Below are positions 1-8,824 of a stretch of 63,558 nt of DNA, piece by piece. Source of the DNA: Deltaproteobacteria bacterium (GTDB lineage Bacteria > Desulfobacterota > Dissulfuribacteria > Dissulfuribacterales > QOAL01). Position numbers and translations under genes: made by a program. Each line of letters begins with the position of its first letter. Within the stretch, counting starts at the first letter, position 1. The stretch is taken from positions 1-63,558 of the forward strand of contig WFZZ01000138.1 of NCBI GenBank assembly GCA_015489315.1, written 5' to 3'. The notes under the pieces were generated by a model that saw only the letters and a program-made list of their open reading frames with translations, made no database searches and was not told where the DNA came from.

Positions 1-51
1 GGTCTAACCATTGCACTTAATAATGGCGTTTGTCATTGGGACATATTTTGA
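1..51 (+). CDS. possible 3' end of an upstream CDS (...GLTIALNNGVCHWDIF*), product unknown
   Basis: Frame is open from the window edge to TGA at 49-51, and GC hairpin 74-97 follows 22 nt later. Too short to identify. Confidence 0.2.
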   Translation, partial: GLTIALNNGVCHWDIF

Positions 52-73
52 GCTTTAGGACCAAAAAGGAAAA

Positions 74-97
74 GGCCCTGAGTGGCGGCTCAGGGCC
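74..97. terminator. GC-rich hairpin, possible terminator of the upstream gene
   Basis: GGCCCTGAG-TGGCGG-CTCAGGGCC forms a 9-bp stem. It is flanked by A-runs and has no clean U-tract on the + strand. Confidence 0.3.
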
Positions 98-212
98 CCA
101 AAAATGAGCGCCCTAATAGGGAGGATAACACTAATAATCAAATCTTTAGCAAGCTAACCAAATACTGTCAAGCATAAATTTGAAATATTTTTCAGGAGAA
201 GGAGGAATCATC

Positions 213-1394
213 ATGGCAAATGCACTTTCAGCTTTGACTACTTGGGTTGAACCGCGACTGGCAAAGCCAGGAGTTACCGTAATCGCCCTCGGCTTTTTGG
301 GAGTAGTATTGGCTGTTCTTGGGTTAGGAGTCTATGGATTTATCCATGGTCATGAAGGGATATATGCAGTCACAAGAGATATCCCCTGGGGTATTTTAAT
401 CTCCAACTATGCATCCTTTGCAATTATTTCTACCGGTCTGGTGTTAATTGCCGCAATTAGTCATGCCTTTGGCGGAAATCCCTTGGCGCCCCTTGCAAAT
501 AGAGCGGTTTATCTTTCAATAATTACAATCTTTGCAGCCTTTTTATCCATTGGTGTTGAGCTTGAAAGCCCACACAGAATGCTTCTTTACAACATCATTT
601 CACCCAACTTCACCTCCAATATTTGGTGGATGGGTACCCTTTATGGCCTGGCTGTAGGCTGCATGTTATTAGAATTTTTTGGAATACTTACAGAAAACTG
701 GCGGATGGCTCTTTATATTGGTGTTTTAGGTGCACTTGCTGAAGTGGGTGCCAATTCTAACCTCGGTGCGGTCTTTGCCACATTGGCCGCAAGACCTTTC
801 TGGTATGGCGCACAACTTCCTGTCTTTTTCCTTTGCTCTGCAGTAATGAGCGGGGCAGCATGTATAATACTGTTTACCCATTTTGCTTATAAACTTAGGG
901 GCGAAGAGATAGACGAGAAAAACTTTATAGCCCTAAGAACCGCTGGAAAAATTGTTGCCCTATGTCTTTTCCTTATTGCGATTGCCACTGTATGGCGCTT
1001 CATAGTCCTCATGACCGATGGCGAAATGGCTAAAATTGCTGCCATGAATTTGCTTAAAGGAAACCTTGCAACCAATTTCTGGGTATTTGAAACCATTATT
1101 GGAATCATTATTCCACTCGTTCTCCTTGTGGGTACTCAGTTAAATAATATTACTGCCATGTCAGCCGCTTCCTTGATGGCCCTTGTGGGTGGTTTTTTTC
1201 AAAGATATGACCTGGTTGTTAACGGGCAAACAGTCCCCGGTTTCTTGGGCTGGGACAACCTACCAACCTATTTGCAGTATATGCCATCTCCGGCTGAGCT
1301 TTTGGTAGTGGCAGGCTCTATATCTCTTACAATAGCAGGCTTTTTGCTGGGTGAACGTTTCTTCGGAAAGGTTTTTTCAGCAAGCGAACATTAA
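213..1394 (+). CDS. NrfD/PsrC-family polytopic membrane subunit (quinol-interacting subunit of a CISM-type oxidoreductase; DsrP/HmcC-like)
   Basis: Highly hydrophobic multi-TM protein with NrfD-like segments (DIPWGILISNYASFAIISTG, ESPHRM, RYDLVVNGQTVP). ATG 213 is preceded by GGAGAAGGAGGA. The ORF-track start at 180 is TTG and lies upstream of that RBS. Confidence 0.8.
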   Translation: MANALSALTTWVEPRLAKPGVTVIALGFLGVVLAVLGLGVYGFIHGHEGIYAVTRDIPWGILISNYASFAIISTGLVLIAAISHAFGGNPLAPLANRAVYLSIITIFAAFLSIGVELESPHRMLLYNIISPNFTSNIWWMGTLYGLAVGCMLLEFFGILTENWRMALYIGVLGALAEVGANSNLGAVFATLAARPFWYGAQLPVFFLCSAVMSGAACIILFTHFAYKLRGEEIDEKNFIALRTAGKIVALCLFLIAIATVWRFIVLMTDGEMAKIAAMNLLKGNLATNFWVFETIIGIIIPLVLLVGTQLNNITAMSAASLMALVGGFFQRYDLVVNGQTVPGFLGWDNLPTYLQYMPSPAELLVVAGSISLTIAGFLLGERFFGKVFSASEH

Positions 1395-1441
1395 AATTAC
1401 AGGGCCCCATCATGGGGGCCCCTTAAAGAGAGAAAAGGGAT

Positions 1442-1864
1442 ATGTTTACCGTGCCTACACAAGAATCAGAAGGATTAAAAAAACAAAAATCCTTAAAGGC
1501 CACTGATAAAAAAAGCAAGGTTGATATAGAAACAGGTTTTGAAGGGGTGGAACCGGATAAGGCCCTTTTTCCAATTGGCACAGCAGCATCAATGCTGGAG
1601 GTTCACCCAAGGACCCTAAGAATATATGAAGACGAAGGGCTTATAAAGCCAAAAAGAAAAGGTGGAAGAAGATACTATAGTCTTAATGATATTCAGTGGA
1701 TCAAATGCCTTAGGCACATGATACATGATCAGGGAATAAGCATTGCTGGCATAAAAAAATTAATGGAATATACCGCCTGCTGGAATATCGTAAATTGTCC
1801 AATGGAAAAAAGGAAAAGCTGTACGGCATATAAGTGTTCAGGAATAGGTATGAAAAAAGAATAA
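1442..1864 (+). CDS. MerR-superfamily (HspR-like) transcriptional regulator with a C-terminal Cys cluster
   Basis: HTH and wing: FPIGTAASMLEVHPRTLRIYEDEGLIKPKRKGGRRYYSLNDI. The C-terminus carries C113-x5-C119-x7-C127-x4-C132. Confidence 0.75.
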   Translation: MFTVPTQESEGLKKQKSLKATDKKSKVDIETGFEGVEPDKALFPIGTAASMLEVHPRTLRIYEDEGLIKPKRKGGRRYYSLNDIQWIKCLRHMIHDQGISIAGIKKLMEYTACWNIVNCPMEKRKSCTAYKCSGIGMKKE

Positions 1865-1923
1865 TCTTCTTTTCCTATAGCCAATTTCAAAATCCTCTGC
1901 TATAAAAAAATCAAAAATTGTGA

Positions 1924-1945
1924 GCCCTTCTAAAGGGCCTTTTTT
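1924..1945 (+). terminator. small intrinsic-terminator-like hairpin plus U-tract, directly abutting the cytochrome start codon
   Basis: GCCCTT-CTA-AAGGGC gives a 6-bp stem (1924-1938), followed by C and T6 (1940-1945). ATG is at 1946. The only SD-like AAGGG (1933-1937) lies in the 3' arm. Confidence 0.45.
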
Positions 1946-3322
1946 ATGCCCTCAAAAAATAGATTTCTTTCACACATATTTTTCTTGTTTCTCTTCACCC
2001 TTTCCTTAAATGCGTGTAGTCCACCGTATGGACCAAAGGCTCAGAAATCAAATTGTAAGACCTGTCATAAGATCACCATTGATAAGGCCCATGATTTTGG
2101 CTGCACTAAGTGTCACAAGGGAAACAAAAAGGGGCATACAAAAAATTTGGCCCATAGGGGCCTATTAAAGCACCCTGCATCAATCACAAATGCAGAGAAA
2201 TTCTGTGCATCATGCCACAAAAAGGAAGTGGAAACTGCCCTTAACTTACCACATTACACGCTAGGAAACGAAATAGGTAAAATTTGGAATGCCTTTTTCC
2301 CAGCAGATACGCCTCCCAGGGTCAGTGAAATAAGGGGAATAGAAAACCCCAAGAACAAAAAACAACTCATAAAGGACCTTCTGGCACGAAGATGCCTTAG
2401 ATGCCATGTATATTATGAGGGAGATGATTACAAGGACACAAAAAGAGGCCTTGGCTGCAGTGCCTGTCATTTGAGATTCTCAAAAAAGGGCCCCCATGTA
2501 TTTCACAGACCTTCAATCAAAAATTGCCTTTCCTGTCATTATGGAAATTTTGTAGGGTGGGACTTTGTGGGACGGTTTGAAAAGGACTTTCCAGAAGATT
2601 TTAGGGCTCCTTTTAAAAATGGAAAACAGGTTAAACGACCCTATGGCCTTGAATGGATAGAAATGTCAGAGGACATCCATGCTCAAAAGGGCTTTATATG
2701 TACGGATTGTCATGGCCTAAACGAATTTCACGGTGAAAAAACTACTCTAAAAAAGGGCTCTTGTAGAAAATGCCATGCTCACCTTAGCAAAAGATTTGGG
2801 CATAAAGAAAATTCAAAGGCCTCTTGTGCCTCATGCCATGCAAAATGGGGCTTTTATGATTTTGGCATAGACCTTTTAAGGCTCGATAAGCCCGACATGG
2901 AAGACTGGTCTTACATTCGTTTTCAGGGGGAAATCGAAATTGAAAATGGACAGGCTTTCATGCTTGATAAAATCAACAATATTCCAGTTAATGGTGTGTG
3001 GATAAAAGGATTTAAAAAAAGGAGATGGTGGCCTGTCATCCTTGGTATCACAAAAGAAAAAAAGATCGGTGTAATTCGTCCAATACTTGACCTATCAATT
3101 AGTTATGTGAATAGTGATGATGACCTTATCTTTGATAATATACAGCCAGTTTTAAATGACCATATAAGACCTCTTATAAAAGACTGGTATTTAATAGAGG
3201 AAAAAGGGGCTTCCATCTGGTTAACATATTCTCCTCATACCATTGGAAAGGCGGAAATATTCAGGACTCTTTTCATCAGAAATTTACTTTCAACAACAAA
3301 AACTGAGGTAAAACAAAAATGA
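1946..3322 (+). CDS. nonahaem c-type cytochrome, lipoprotein
   Basis: Nine CxxCH motifs: CKTCH, CTKCH, CASCH, CLRCH, CSACH, CLSCH, CTDCH, CRKCH, CASCH. Signal peptide has a lipobox-like LNAC. The C-terminal ~150 aa are haem-free. Confidence 0.85.
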   Translation: MPSKNRFLSHIFFLFLFTLSLNACSPPYGPKAQKSNCKTCHKITIDKAHDFGCTKCHKGNKKGHTKNLAHRGLLKHPASITNAEKFCASCHKKEVETALNLPHYTLGNEIGKIWNAFFPADTPPRVSEIRGIENPKNKKQLIKDLLARRCLRCHVYYEGDDYKDTKRGLGCSACHLRFSKKGPHVFHRPSIKNCLSCHYGNFVGWDFVGRFEKDFPEDFRAPFKNGKQVKRPYGLEWIEMSEDIHAQKGFICTDCHGLNEFHGEKTTLKKGSCRKCHAHLSKRFGHKENSKASCASCHAKWGFYDFGIDLLRLDKPDMEDWSYIRFQGEIEIENGQAFMLDKINNIPVNGVWIKGFKKRRWWPVILGITKEKKIGVIRPILDLSISYVNSDDDLIFDNIQPVLNDHIRPLIKDWYLIEEKGASIWLTYSPHTIGKAEIFRTLFIRNLLSTTKTEVKQK

Positions 3323-3579
3323 AACAGCTCCTTTTAGAACTTTTTCTTGTTTTTCTAGCTCTTAATCTAATTTTATTATGCGGGTGTTTTCCAAAGGAGC
3401 CTGGAGAGCGTCTGATCAATAAAAAATGCACTGCCTGCCATACCACCAGCCGTATCTACAAAAAGAGCCGCCCCGATGAGGAATGGGATGAAATAATTGA
3501 AAGAATGATTAGACATGGGGCAACCCTTTCTGCACAAGAAAAAAAGACAATTATTAATTACCTTAAAAACAAATACTAA
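3319..3579 (+). CDS. small monohaem c-type cytochrome lipoprotein
   Basis: Single CTACH motif and a signal peptide with LLCGC lipobox. ATGA overlap with the upstream cytochrome gene suggests translational coupling. Confidence 0.7.
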   Translation: MKQLLLELFLVFLALNLILLCGCFPKEPGERLINKKCTACHTTSRIYKKSRPDEEWDEIIERMIRHGATLSAQEKKTIINYLKNKY

Positions 3580-3584
3580 CAAAA

Positions 3585-4139
3585 TTACCAGCTATTTCTT
3601 CTTGGAGGAAAGCTTCCTTGCTTATCTGGCCCTTGAGGCCGTAATACATTCGGCCTAGGACGATTACGCCTGTCTCTTTCAAGCAATCTTCTTGCCTCCC
3701 TAGCAAACCGTTGAGAAAAAAGAAGATATCTGGCGAGCTCTCTTGTTGTAAATACCTTTCTTAGCCCCTCAAGCTCCCTTTGAGAAATTCTCGATAGCTC
3801 TATATTTGTATTAGTCAATTCTGTCATAAGCCTTTTCAATTCATCATCCCGGGCTGAACCATCAATGGCATCATGGAGCCTCTTAATAAGCCTCCTTCTT
3901 TTAAGAAGAAGTCGCTCTCTTTCCCTGTCAAATTGGGAAAGAATATTAAAGACCCTTTGGGCCCTTTCTCCGGTTAAATTGAATTCTTCCATTAACTTCC
4001 AGTTTCTGAGGGTAATGAGACGCTCTTTGATCTCATTGACCCTTTGATTCCTTTTTGGAAATACATCCCCCTTGGCTGTCCCGATCAATGCAATGGCAAC
4101 ATATATCAGGACAAACCATATAGTCATTATTCTATTCAT
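3585..4139 (-). CDS. periplasmic helical Spy/CpxP/ZraP-like protein (LTXXQ-type), last gene of the sigma operon
   Basis: N-terminal TM/signal (IMTIWFVLIYVAIALIG), then a charged helical body (NLTGERAQRVF, TTRELARYLLF). ATG 4139 is preceded by AAGGAGG. The ORF-track start at 4280 would overlap the anti-sigma gene. Confidence 0.5.
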   Translation of the reverse strand: MNRIMTIWFVLIYVAIALIGTAKGDVFPKRNQRVNEIKERLITLRNWKLMEEFNLTGERAQRVFNILSQFDRERERLLLKRRRLIKRLHDAIDGSARDDELKRLMTELTNTNIELSRISQRELEGLRKVFTTRELARYLLFSQRFAREARRLLERDRRNRPRPNVLRPQGPDKQGSFPPRRNSW

Positions 4140-4203
4140 GATCCGCCTCCTTGATAAAAAGGTTGTGGCAAATCCAAATGCCTGATTAGACCAAAATAAA
4201 TTT

Positions 4204-4836
4204 TCAGGCGCTTTTATACCTTCTATGAATAAGGGCCTGGCCATTGCCCTTTTCCATACCTCTTTTTTTACTAATGTCATTGATTGTATTTAAATCCTCT
4301 TGAGAATCTACTTCGTCGAGAACTGCACTCCAGCCATCTGAAACTCCGCAAAGGATATAAGGGTCATAGCCATTTTCTTTTGAAGACTCTTTTTCTACCG
4401 TGCTTTCAATCTCTTCCTTAACACTATCAAGTGACATGGGCACAGGGTCAAACATGGCAACTATATCTTGGGTCTCTAACCCAGGGCCTTGCTTATAAAA
4501 AAGGCCAATACTTATAAGACAAACAAGAGAAAAGACCACAGACGCACTGGCAAATGCCCACTTCCAGGTGAAAAATCCCTTTAAAAAACTCAACCTTTGC
4601 TTGAGAGGTTTCAAATTTGCCCTCACATTATTTTTCATCTCTATCCAGAAAAGCTCTGGCTCTTCTTCATGGGCATCTGTCCTCAAGCCTTCCATGCCAT
4701 ATCTAAAAAGCTCCCATTCCTGTTGACACTCTTCGCACTCTTTTAGATGCCCTTTAAGATCTGACGAAAGGTCGGCCTCAAGGGCTTCTTCTGCCAGATG
4801 AACCGTTGCCTTTTCCCAAAATTCTTCACACTTCAT
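4204..4836 (-). CDS. zinc-binding (ZAS-type, zf-HC2) anti-sigma factor, single-pass membrane protein
   Basis: C3...H30-x3-C34-x2-C37 (GHLKECEECQ). One TM (FASASVVFSLVCLISIGLF). ATGA overlap with the sigma gene stop. Confidence 0.8.
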   Translation of the reverse strand: MKCEEFWEKATVHLAEEALEADLSSDLKGHLKECEECQQEWELFRYGMEGLRTDAHEEEPELFWIEMKNNVRANLKPLKQRLSFLKGFFTWKWAFASASVVFSLVCLISIGLFYKQGPGLETQDIVAMFDPVPMSLDSVKEEIESTVEKESSKENGYDPYILCGVSDGWSAVLDEVDSQEDLNTINDISKKRGMEKGNGQALIHRRYKSA

Positions 4837-5375
4837 AGACCTAATCCTTGTTGCTGTAAAAAAGTTCTAACTCCCTTAATTCCAAAGAAAAAATTTGTTC
4901 TCGCAGTCTCTTCCTTGATATTAAGATGTCTTGATATTTCTTTAAAACTCATCCCCTTAATAAGCCTTAAACTTACAACCAGGTGTTGTTTGGGAGGAAG
5001 ATTCATAATTGCCTTTTTTACGCTGTCCTTAATTTCTCTTTTAATAAGACTTTTTTCTGGCGCGTTCTCCATATCAACCTTCATCCAGGGCTCAAGTTCG
5101 AGATGTTCCTTTTTGGTTCTTAAATGATCCCTTGATAGATTAATAGCTATCTTAAAAAGCCATGATCTGAAACTATCTCTTTTTCTCAATTTTTTTAGAT
5201 TATTAAACGCCTTAATAAAGGCCTTTTGCGTGATATCCTTTGCATCTTCCAAATCAAAGACAACAGAGCGAACCAAACGAAATACATCTTCCTGATATCT
5301 TGTCATCAGGACATCAAAGGCTGTTTCATCACCATTCAGGTAGTCTTTGATGAGCTCCGCGTCTTTTTTCTCCAT
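4833..5375 (-). CDS. ECF (sigma-70 family group 4) RNA polymerase sigma factor
   Basis: Region 2 (FDVLMTRYQEDVFRLVRSVV...DITQKAFIKAF) and region 4 HTH (MSFKEISRHLNIKEETARTNFF). 180 aa. Confidence 0.9.
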   Translation of the reverse strand: MEKKDAELIKDYLNGDETAFDVLMTRYQEDVFRLVRSVVFDLEDAKDITQKAFIKAFNNLKKLRKRDSFRSWLFKIAINLSRDHLRTKKEHLELEPWMKVDMENAPEKSLIKREIKDSVKKAIMNLPPKQHLVVSLRLIKGMSFKEISRHLNIKEETARTNFFFGIKGVRTFLQQQGLGL

Positions 5376-5385
5376 TTTCTAATAA

Positions 5386-5414
5386 GACGATTTAGGGGGA
5401 CAAATGTTTAAAAA
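5386..5414 (-). promoter_or_regulatory. ECF-type promoter of the sigma operon (TTTTTAAAC-N16-CGTC)
   Basis: Minus strand reads TTTTTAAAC ATTTGTCCCCCTAAAT CGTC TTATTAGAAA ATG. The same motif occurs at 10604-10631 and 18575-18603. Only 10 nt separate CGTC from the ATG, and there is no SD. Confidence 0.6.
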
Positions 5415-5444
5415 TTTCTTTAAATTAAAAGGAACTCAGTGGCA

Positions 5445-6305
5445 TCATTGCCACCTTTTTTCTTCCTGACTTTTTATGGCAATAAGGGCCTGATGAAAAA
5501 AACAAGGGGGCTTCTTTCCCTTTTTATAAAAGGTTTCATAGATTTCGTAGAGGCTGTCTCTAGCCTCACTTGGCCTTTTGGCATCTAAAAGCAGCTCTAT
5601 TTCTTCCATTCTTAAAGAGATATTATCAGGCTCTTTTTTAAGCTCCTTTTTGATGGCCAAAAGGGCATCATCCATCTGTCCTTTAAGGGCCAGGATTTTT
5701 CTTTGAAAATGGCGGCATAAAGAAACCGGGCTATTTGAATTGGTTATTTGGATGTGCCCGTTTTTTGAAATAACCCTGAATCCATCTACTTCAATGGCCT
5801 TTTCAATATCCTCAAAAAAAACATGGTAATCGCCAGGCAGAAGGGGCGATGAAAGAAGCCAGGAAAGGATAATGGAATTGCTAGGAGATATCTTTTTCAA
5901 ATCTTGACTTAATCGCATTGGCTCCAACTTTTCATCTATTCTTTTTCCTTTTGAATCTTCAATAATAGGGACAAAAAGGACAGGGTTTTTGATTTCCAAA
6001 GTCTTTTCTGGACTAAGATTCGAAATTTCCACATTTATGTAGAGTGGACAGTTCATTCCGATTTTAAGCCATTTTGTTCCATTGGGCCTTATTGATACAA
6101 TTATGAGATTTTCACCGCTTTTATTGAAAGAACTCTCTCTAGTCCCATTTCCCGATTTGCTTGTCACATTGTTTTCAACAGAAGTGGCCGAGTCAGAATA
6201 TCTTTTGGTAAGTCCCCCAAAAATTATCGACGTCATGACGGCTATAACAAGTAAATGAAAACGAAAACCCGTTATCCATGATTTATAAATATCTTTTCTT
6301 GCCAT
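5445..6305 (-). CDS. hypothetical N-terminally anchored envelope protein with a helical C-terminal part
   Basis: One TM (FHLLVIAVMTSIIFGGL). No recognisable catalytic motif. Lies 10 nt downstream of the metzincin-like gene. Confidence 0.6.
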   Translation of the reverse strand: MARKDIYKSWITGFRFHLLVIAVMTSIIFGGLTKRYSDSATSVENNVTSKSGNGTRESSFNKSGENLIIVSIRPNGTKWLKIGMNCPLYINVEISNLSPEKTLEIKNPVLFVPIIEDSKGKRIDEKLEPMRLSQDLKKISPSNSIILSWLLSSPLLPGDYHVFFEDIEKAIEVDGFRVISKNGHIQITNSNSPVSLCRHFQRKILALKGQMDDALLAIKKELKKEPDNISLRMEEIELLLDAKRPSEARDSLYEIYETFYKKGKKPPCFFHQALIAIKSQEEKRWQ

Positions 6306-6315
6306 AATAACATTC

Positions 6316-8814
6316 CTAATAGCTTTTTATATTCAACTGCTCCAAGTCAGAAGGCTGGCTTGCCTTTCCTGCATAGTTTCCATTTACATTAAATCCTGAT
6401 TCGGTAAGTGCGGTAAATGCCCGTCTATTGATAAGATGAGTGGGAAAGTCCTTGAGTTCACCGTAGTCACAGTTCATGGTTCGGGACTCACATAGCTTGT
6501 CTGCTATCTTATACATCATGAAACTGAAGATATCTCCGCTGTGCTGGCCACCCTTTAAGGCAACCCACAATTTTCCATGGTTTTTGAAGTTTACGAAATA
6601 TTCTGTATCACCGTGATGGTGTATGTTCATTTTGTGTCCAAGTTCATGGGCAATCAAACCGACAAGTTCATCTGACGGAACCTTTTGCCACCAGATTACA
6701 ACGGTATTATTTTTTATCCCAGGCGGTGATACGTCTGATGCAAGCCCTGCAAAATCCCACCGTCCGTTCTTATTAAAAAACCTGTAGGCCCATATCTGAT
6801 CATCATAGTCCATTACCACTATGGCATACTGTTTTGACTTGGAGCCTCTATTTTTGAACTCCTCGTCAAACCCCATACTTCCCTGGAAATTGACTATATC
6901 GTCTTTCATTTCGTCTTCATCCAGAATGACAAGTTCAAGATGCGCCTTGTTTGAGGCGAAAACCCTCTTCAATAACTGTAGCTCCGGAATAAACCTACCA
7001 GAATAGGGATGAACGAATATTGTTTTTCGCGTGGGATTCGTCCTTAAAAGATGTCCCAATGAATAAACACCTCGATACTCCTCAAAATACGAAAGCCCAT
7101 CCCCTCGATGTTTGTCCTTTATGTGCGTATCCCTGTCTTCCCTAAGAGAGCTGAATTTATAGACATCTTCCCAGTCATCATGAATGCCATCTTTATCGAG
7201 GTCATAGGGGAAAGTGAGACAGGAGTGGTCGCTTGTGGCAGTAAGCCCTGTAGCATTTGCGCCATACCAAATGCCGTTTATTAGGACATCTGCAGCAATC
7301 TGTCCCTTGGCAGCGCTATCCATCACCCTCATTGTCACTGTAATTTCATCTTTTTGAGGGTTTTCGAGGATCAACTGGTTAGCAGCCTTGTATTTAAGGC
7401 CCTCGGTATAGACCGTGCCATTAACTTCGAAATCAGGATTGTCGATATCTGTAAAATAAAGATCAGGGAGTTTATCCACTGGGCATTCTGAATAAAAATT
7501 GTAATGCCTGGTTATGGTCATATTGTTCCAATAGGTTTCAAGATTGTATTGTTTTACCTTTTTCCCTGCTATACAGTCAGGGCACACACTATGAAGTTTG
7601 TGGTTTCCGGCATTGGTGGCAATGCCTGGATAGGAACTTACATTAATAAGCCTGAAGCGTACTGCCTGAACACCTTCATGATTGGGGTTTTTAAGGATGA
7701 GCTTGTATTTCCTTTTATCTCCTGGTTTTGGCAAAACAGCCGACTCTCCCTTTTGAGCAGGCATAAGCTTTGCGTCAATGGTCATGGTTGCACCTATCCA
7801 GAAATCAAGATTTGCTTTTATGATCCTATCCCAGTCAAGATAACTGCACCCAGGGATTGAGCCCCTCGCCTCTGCGGAAAAATGACCGGATATATCCATG
7901 TCATTTATGGAAAAGTCATCGGGCAGGAGAAAGCGCTTGTTATGGGTAAATTCCAAATCGTTATTTGCCGTTTTGTTTTTTGTTCCGGTGATATTGTGAT
8001 ATCTAAAGCAGTCCACTTCGCAAAACCGGCTTTTGAGTCCGTCCGTTAGATAAAATGCCCAGCTAAGGGTTGCAGGTTTCTCTTTATAGGCATAAAGTTT
8101 TCCAGGCCCTAAAAAATATCTGTAAGTTCCAACGCCATAGGTGTCATACTGGGGACGGCTTTCTCCTATGTGAGTTGCCAACTCAGAACACTGGGCCGTA
8201 AGATATATTTGTCCTCCTATCGCCCTTGAGTCATGGATGACCATGGAACAAAGATATGATGAGGGAGCAAGCTTCCTAAACAGAATATCAAGCCCTTCCC
8301 GCTTGAGGGAATGCCCCTTAAGCATTTCTTTCAGCTCTTTTTCAGATGGGGCTTCAAAATTTTTATATATTCTCGCCTTGATATGCTGTTCAGTGCATGT
8401 CTCATTTGGTGGAGTAGTAGAAAAACCTGTTACAAAGTTGACGATACCGCTAATGGTGGCCTTTTGAGGTATGATATAATATCTATCTTCAAATTTTAAT
8501 CTCTTTAGCATTGACGGCTGCACTCCACTATCAAGCATCATCCTCAGAGCAGGGACTGCTACTATGTAAAAACCCTTCATCTTGTAGGTGATGTTGAAGT
8601 GTGTAGTTCTATCTCCAAAGCCTGTAAGCCTTATTTCGCCTTGCTTGTCATTTATGACAAAAAGGCTTGAAGTATTTAGAGTTCTATTCAATAAATCTTT
8701 GGCGAGGGCGTCCGCCCCACTGGATAAAACCATGGAAAGTGATGAAAAAAGCAAGAGCAGACACTGCAAAATGGGGCGGACATCTCTAATGACCCAACCT
8801 TTAAAATAGTTCAT
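6316..8814 (-). CDS. large secreted metzincin-like zinc metalloprotease with a Ca-binding DxDxDG-type motif
   Basis: HELGHKMNIHH (HExxHxxNxxH, encoded at 6613-6648) followed by a SFMMY Met-turn-like motif. DKDGIHDDWE acidic loop. Signal-like N-terminus. ATG 8814 is preferred over the ORF-track TTG at 8841. Confidence 0.65.
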   Translation of the reverse strand: MNYFKGWVIRDVRPILQCLLLLFSSLSMVLSSGADALAKDLLNRTLNTSSLFVINDKQGEIRLTGFGDRTTHFNITYKMKGFYIVAVPALRMMLDSGVQPSMLKRLKFEDRYYIIPQKATISGIVNFVTGFSTTPPNETCTEQHIKARIYKNFEAPSEKELKEMLKGHSLKREGLDILFRKLAPSSYLCSMVIHDSRAIGGQIYLTAQCSELATHIGESRPQYDTYGVGTYRYFLGPGKLYAYKEKPATLSWAFYLTDGLKSRFCEVDCFRYHNITGTKNKTANNDLEFTHNKRFLLPDDFSINDMDISGHFSAEARGSIPGCSYLDWDRIIKANLDFWIGATMTIDAKLMPAQKGESAVLPKPGDKRKYKLILKNPNHEGVQAVRFRLINVSSYPGIATNAGNHKLHSVCPDCIAGKKVKQYNLETYWNNMTITRHYNFYSECPVDKLPDLYFTDIDNPDFEVNGTVYTEGLKYKAANQLILENPQKDEITVTMRVMDSAAKGQIAADVLINGIWYGANATGLTATSDHSCLTFPYDLDKDGIHDDWEDVYKFSSLREDRDTHIKDKHRGDGLSYFEEYRGVYSLGHLLRTNPTRKTIFVHPYSGRFIPELQLLKRVFASNKAHLELVILDEDEMKDDIVNFQGSMGFDEEFKNRGSKSKQYAIVVMDYDDQIWAYRFFNKNGRWDFAGLASDVSPPGIKNNTVVIWWQKVPSDELVGLIAHELGHKMNIHHHGDTEYFVNFKNHGKLWVALKGGQHSGDIFSFMMYKIADKLCESRTMNCDYGELKDFPTHLINRRAFTALTESGFNVNGNYAGKASQPSDLEQLNIKSY

Positions 8815-8824
8815 AAAGGCCTGC

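Noticed and set aside
1402-1421. GC-rich hairpin GGGCCCC-ATCATG-GGGGCCC just after the NrfD-like gene.
   Set aside because: No U-tract follows, and the next gene starts 21 nt later on the same strand. It was not called as a terminator and may merely be a stabilising or processing element.
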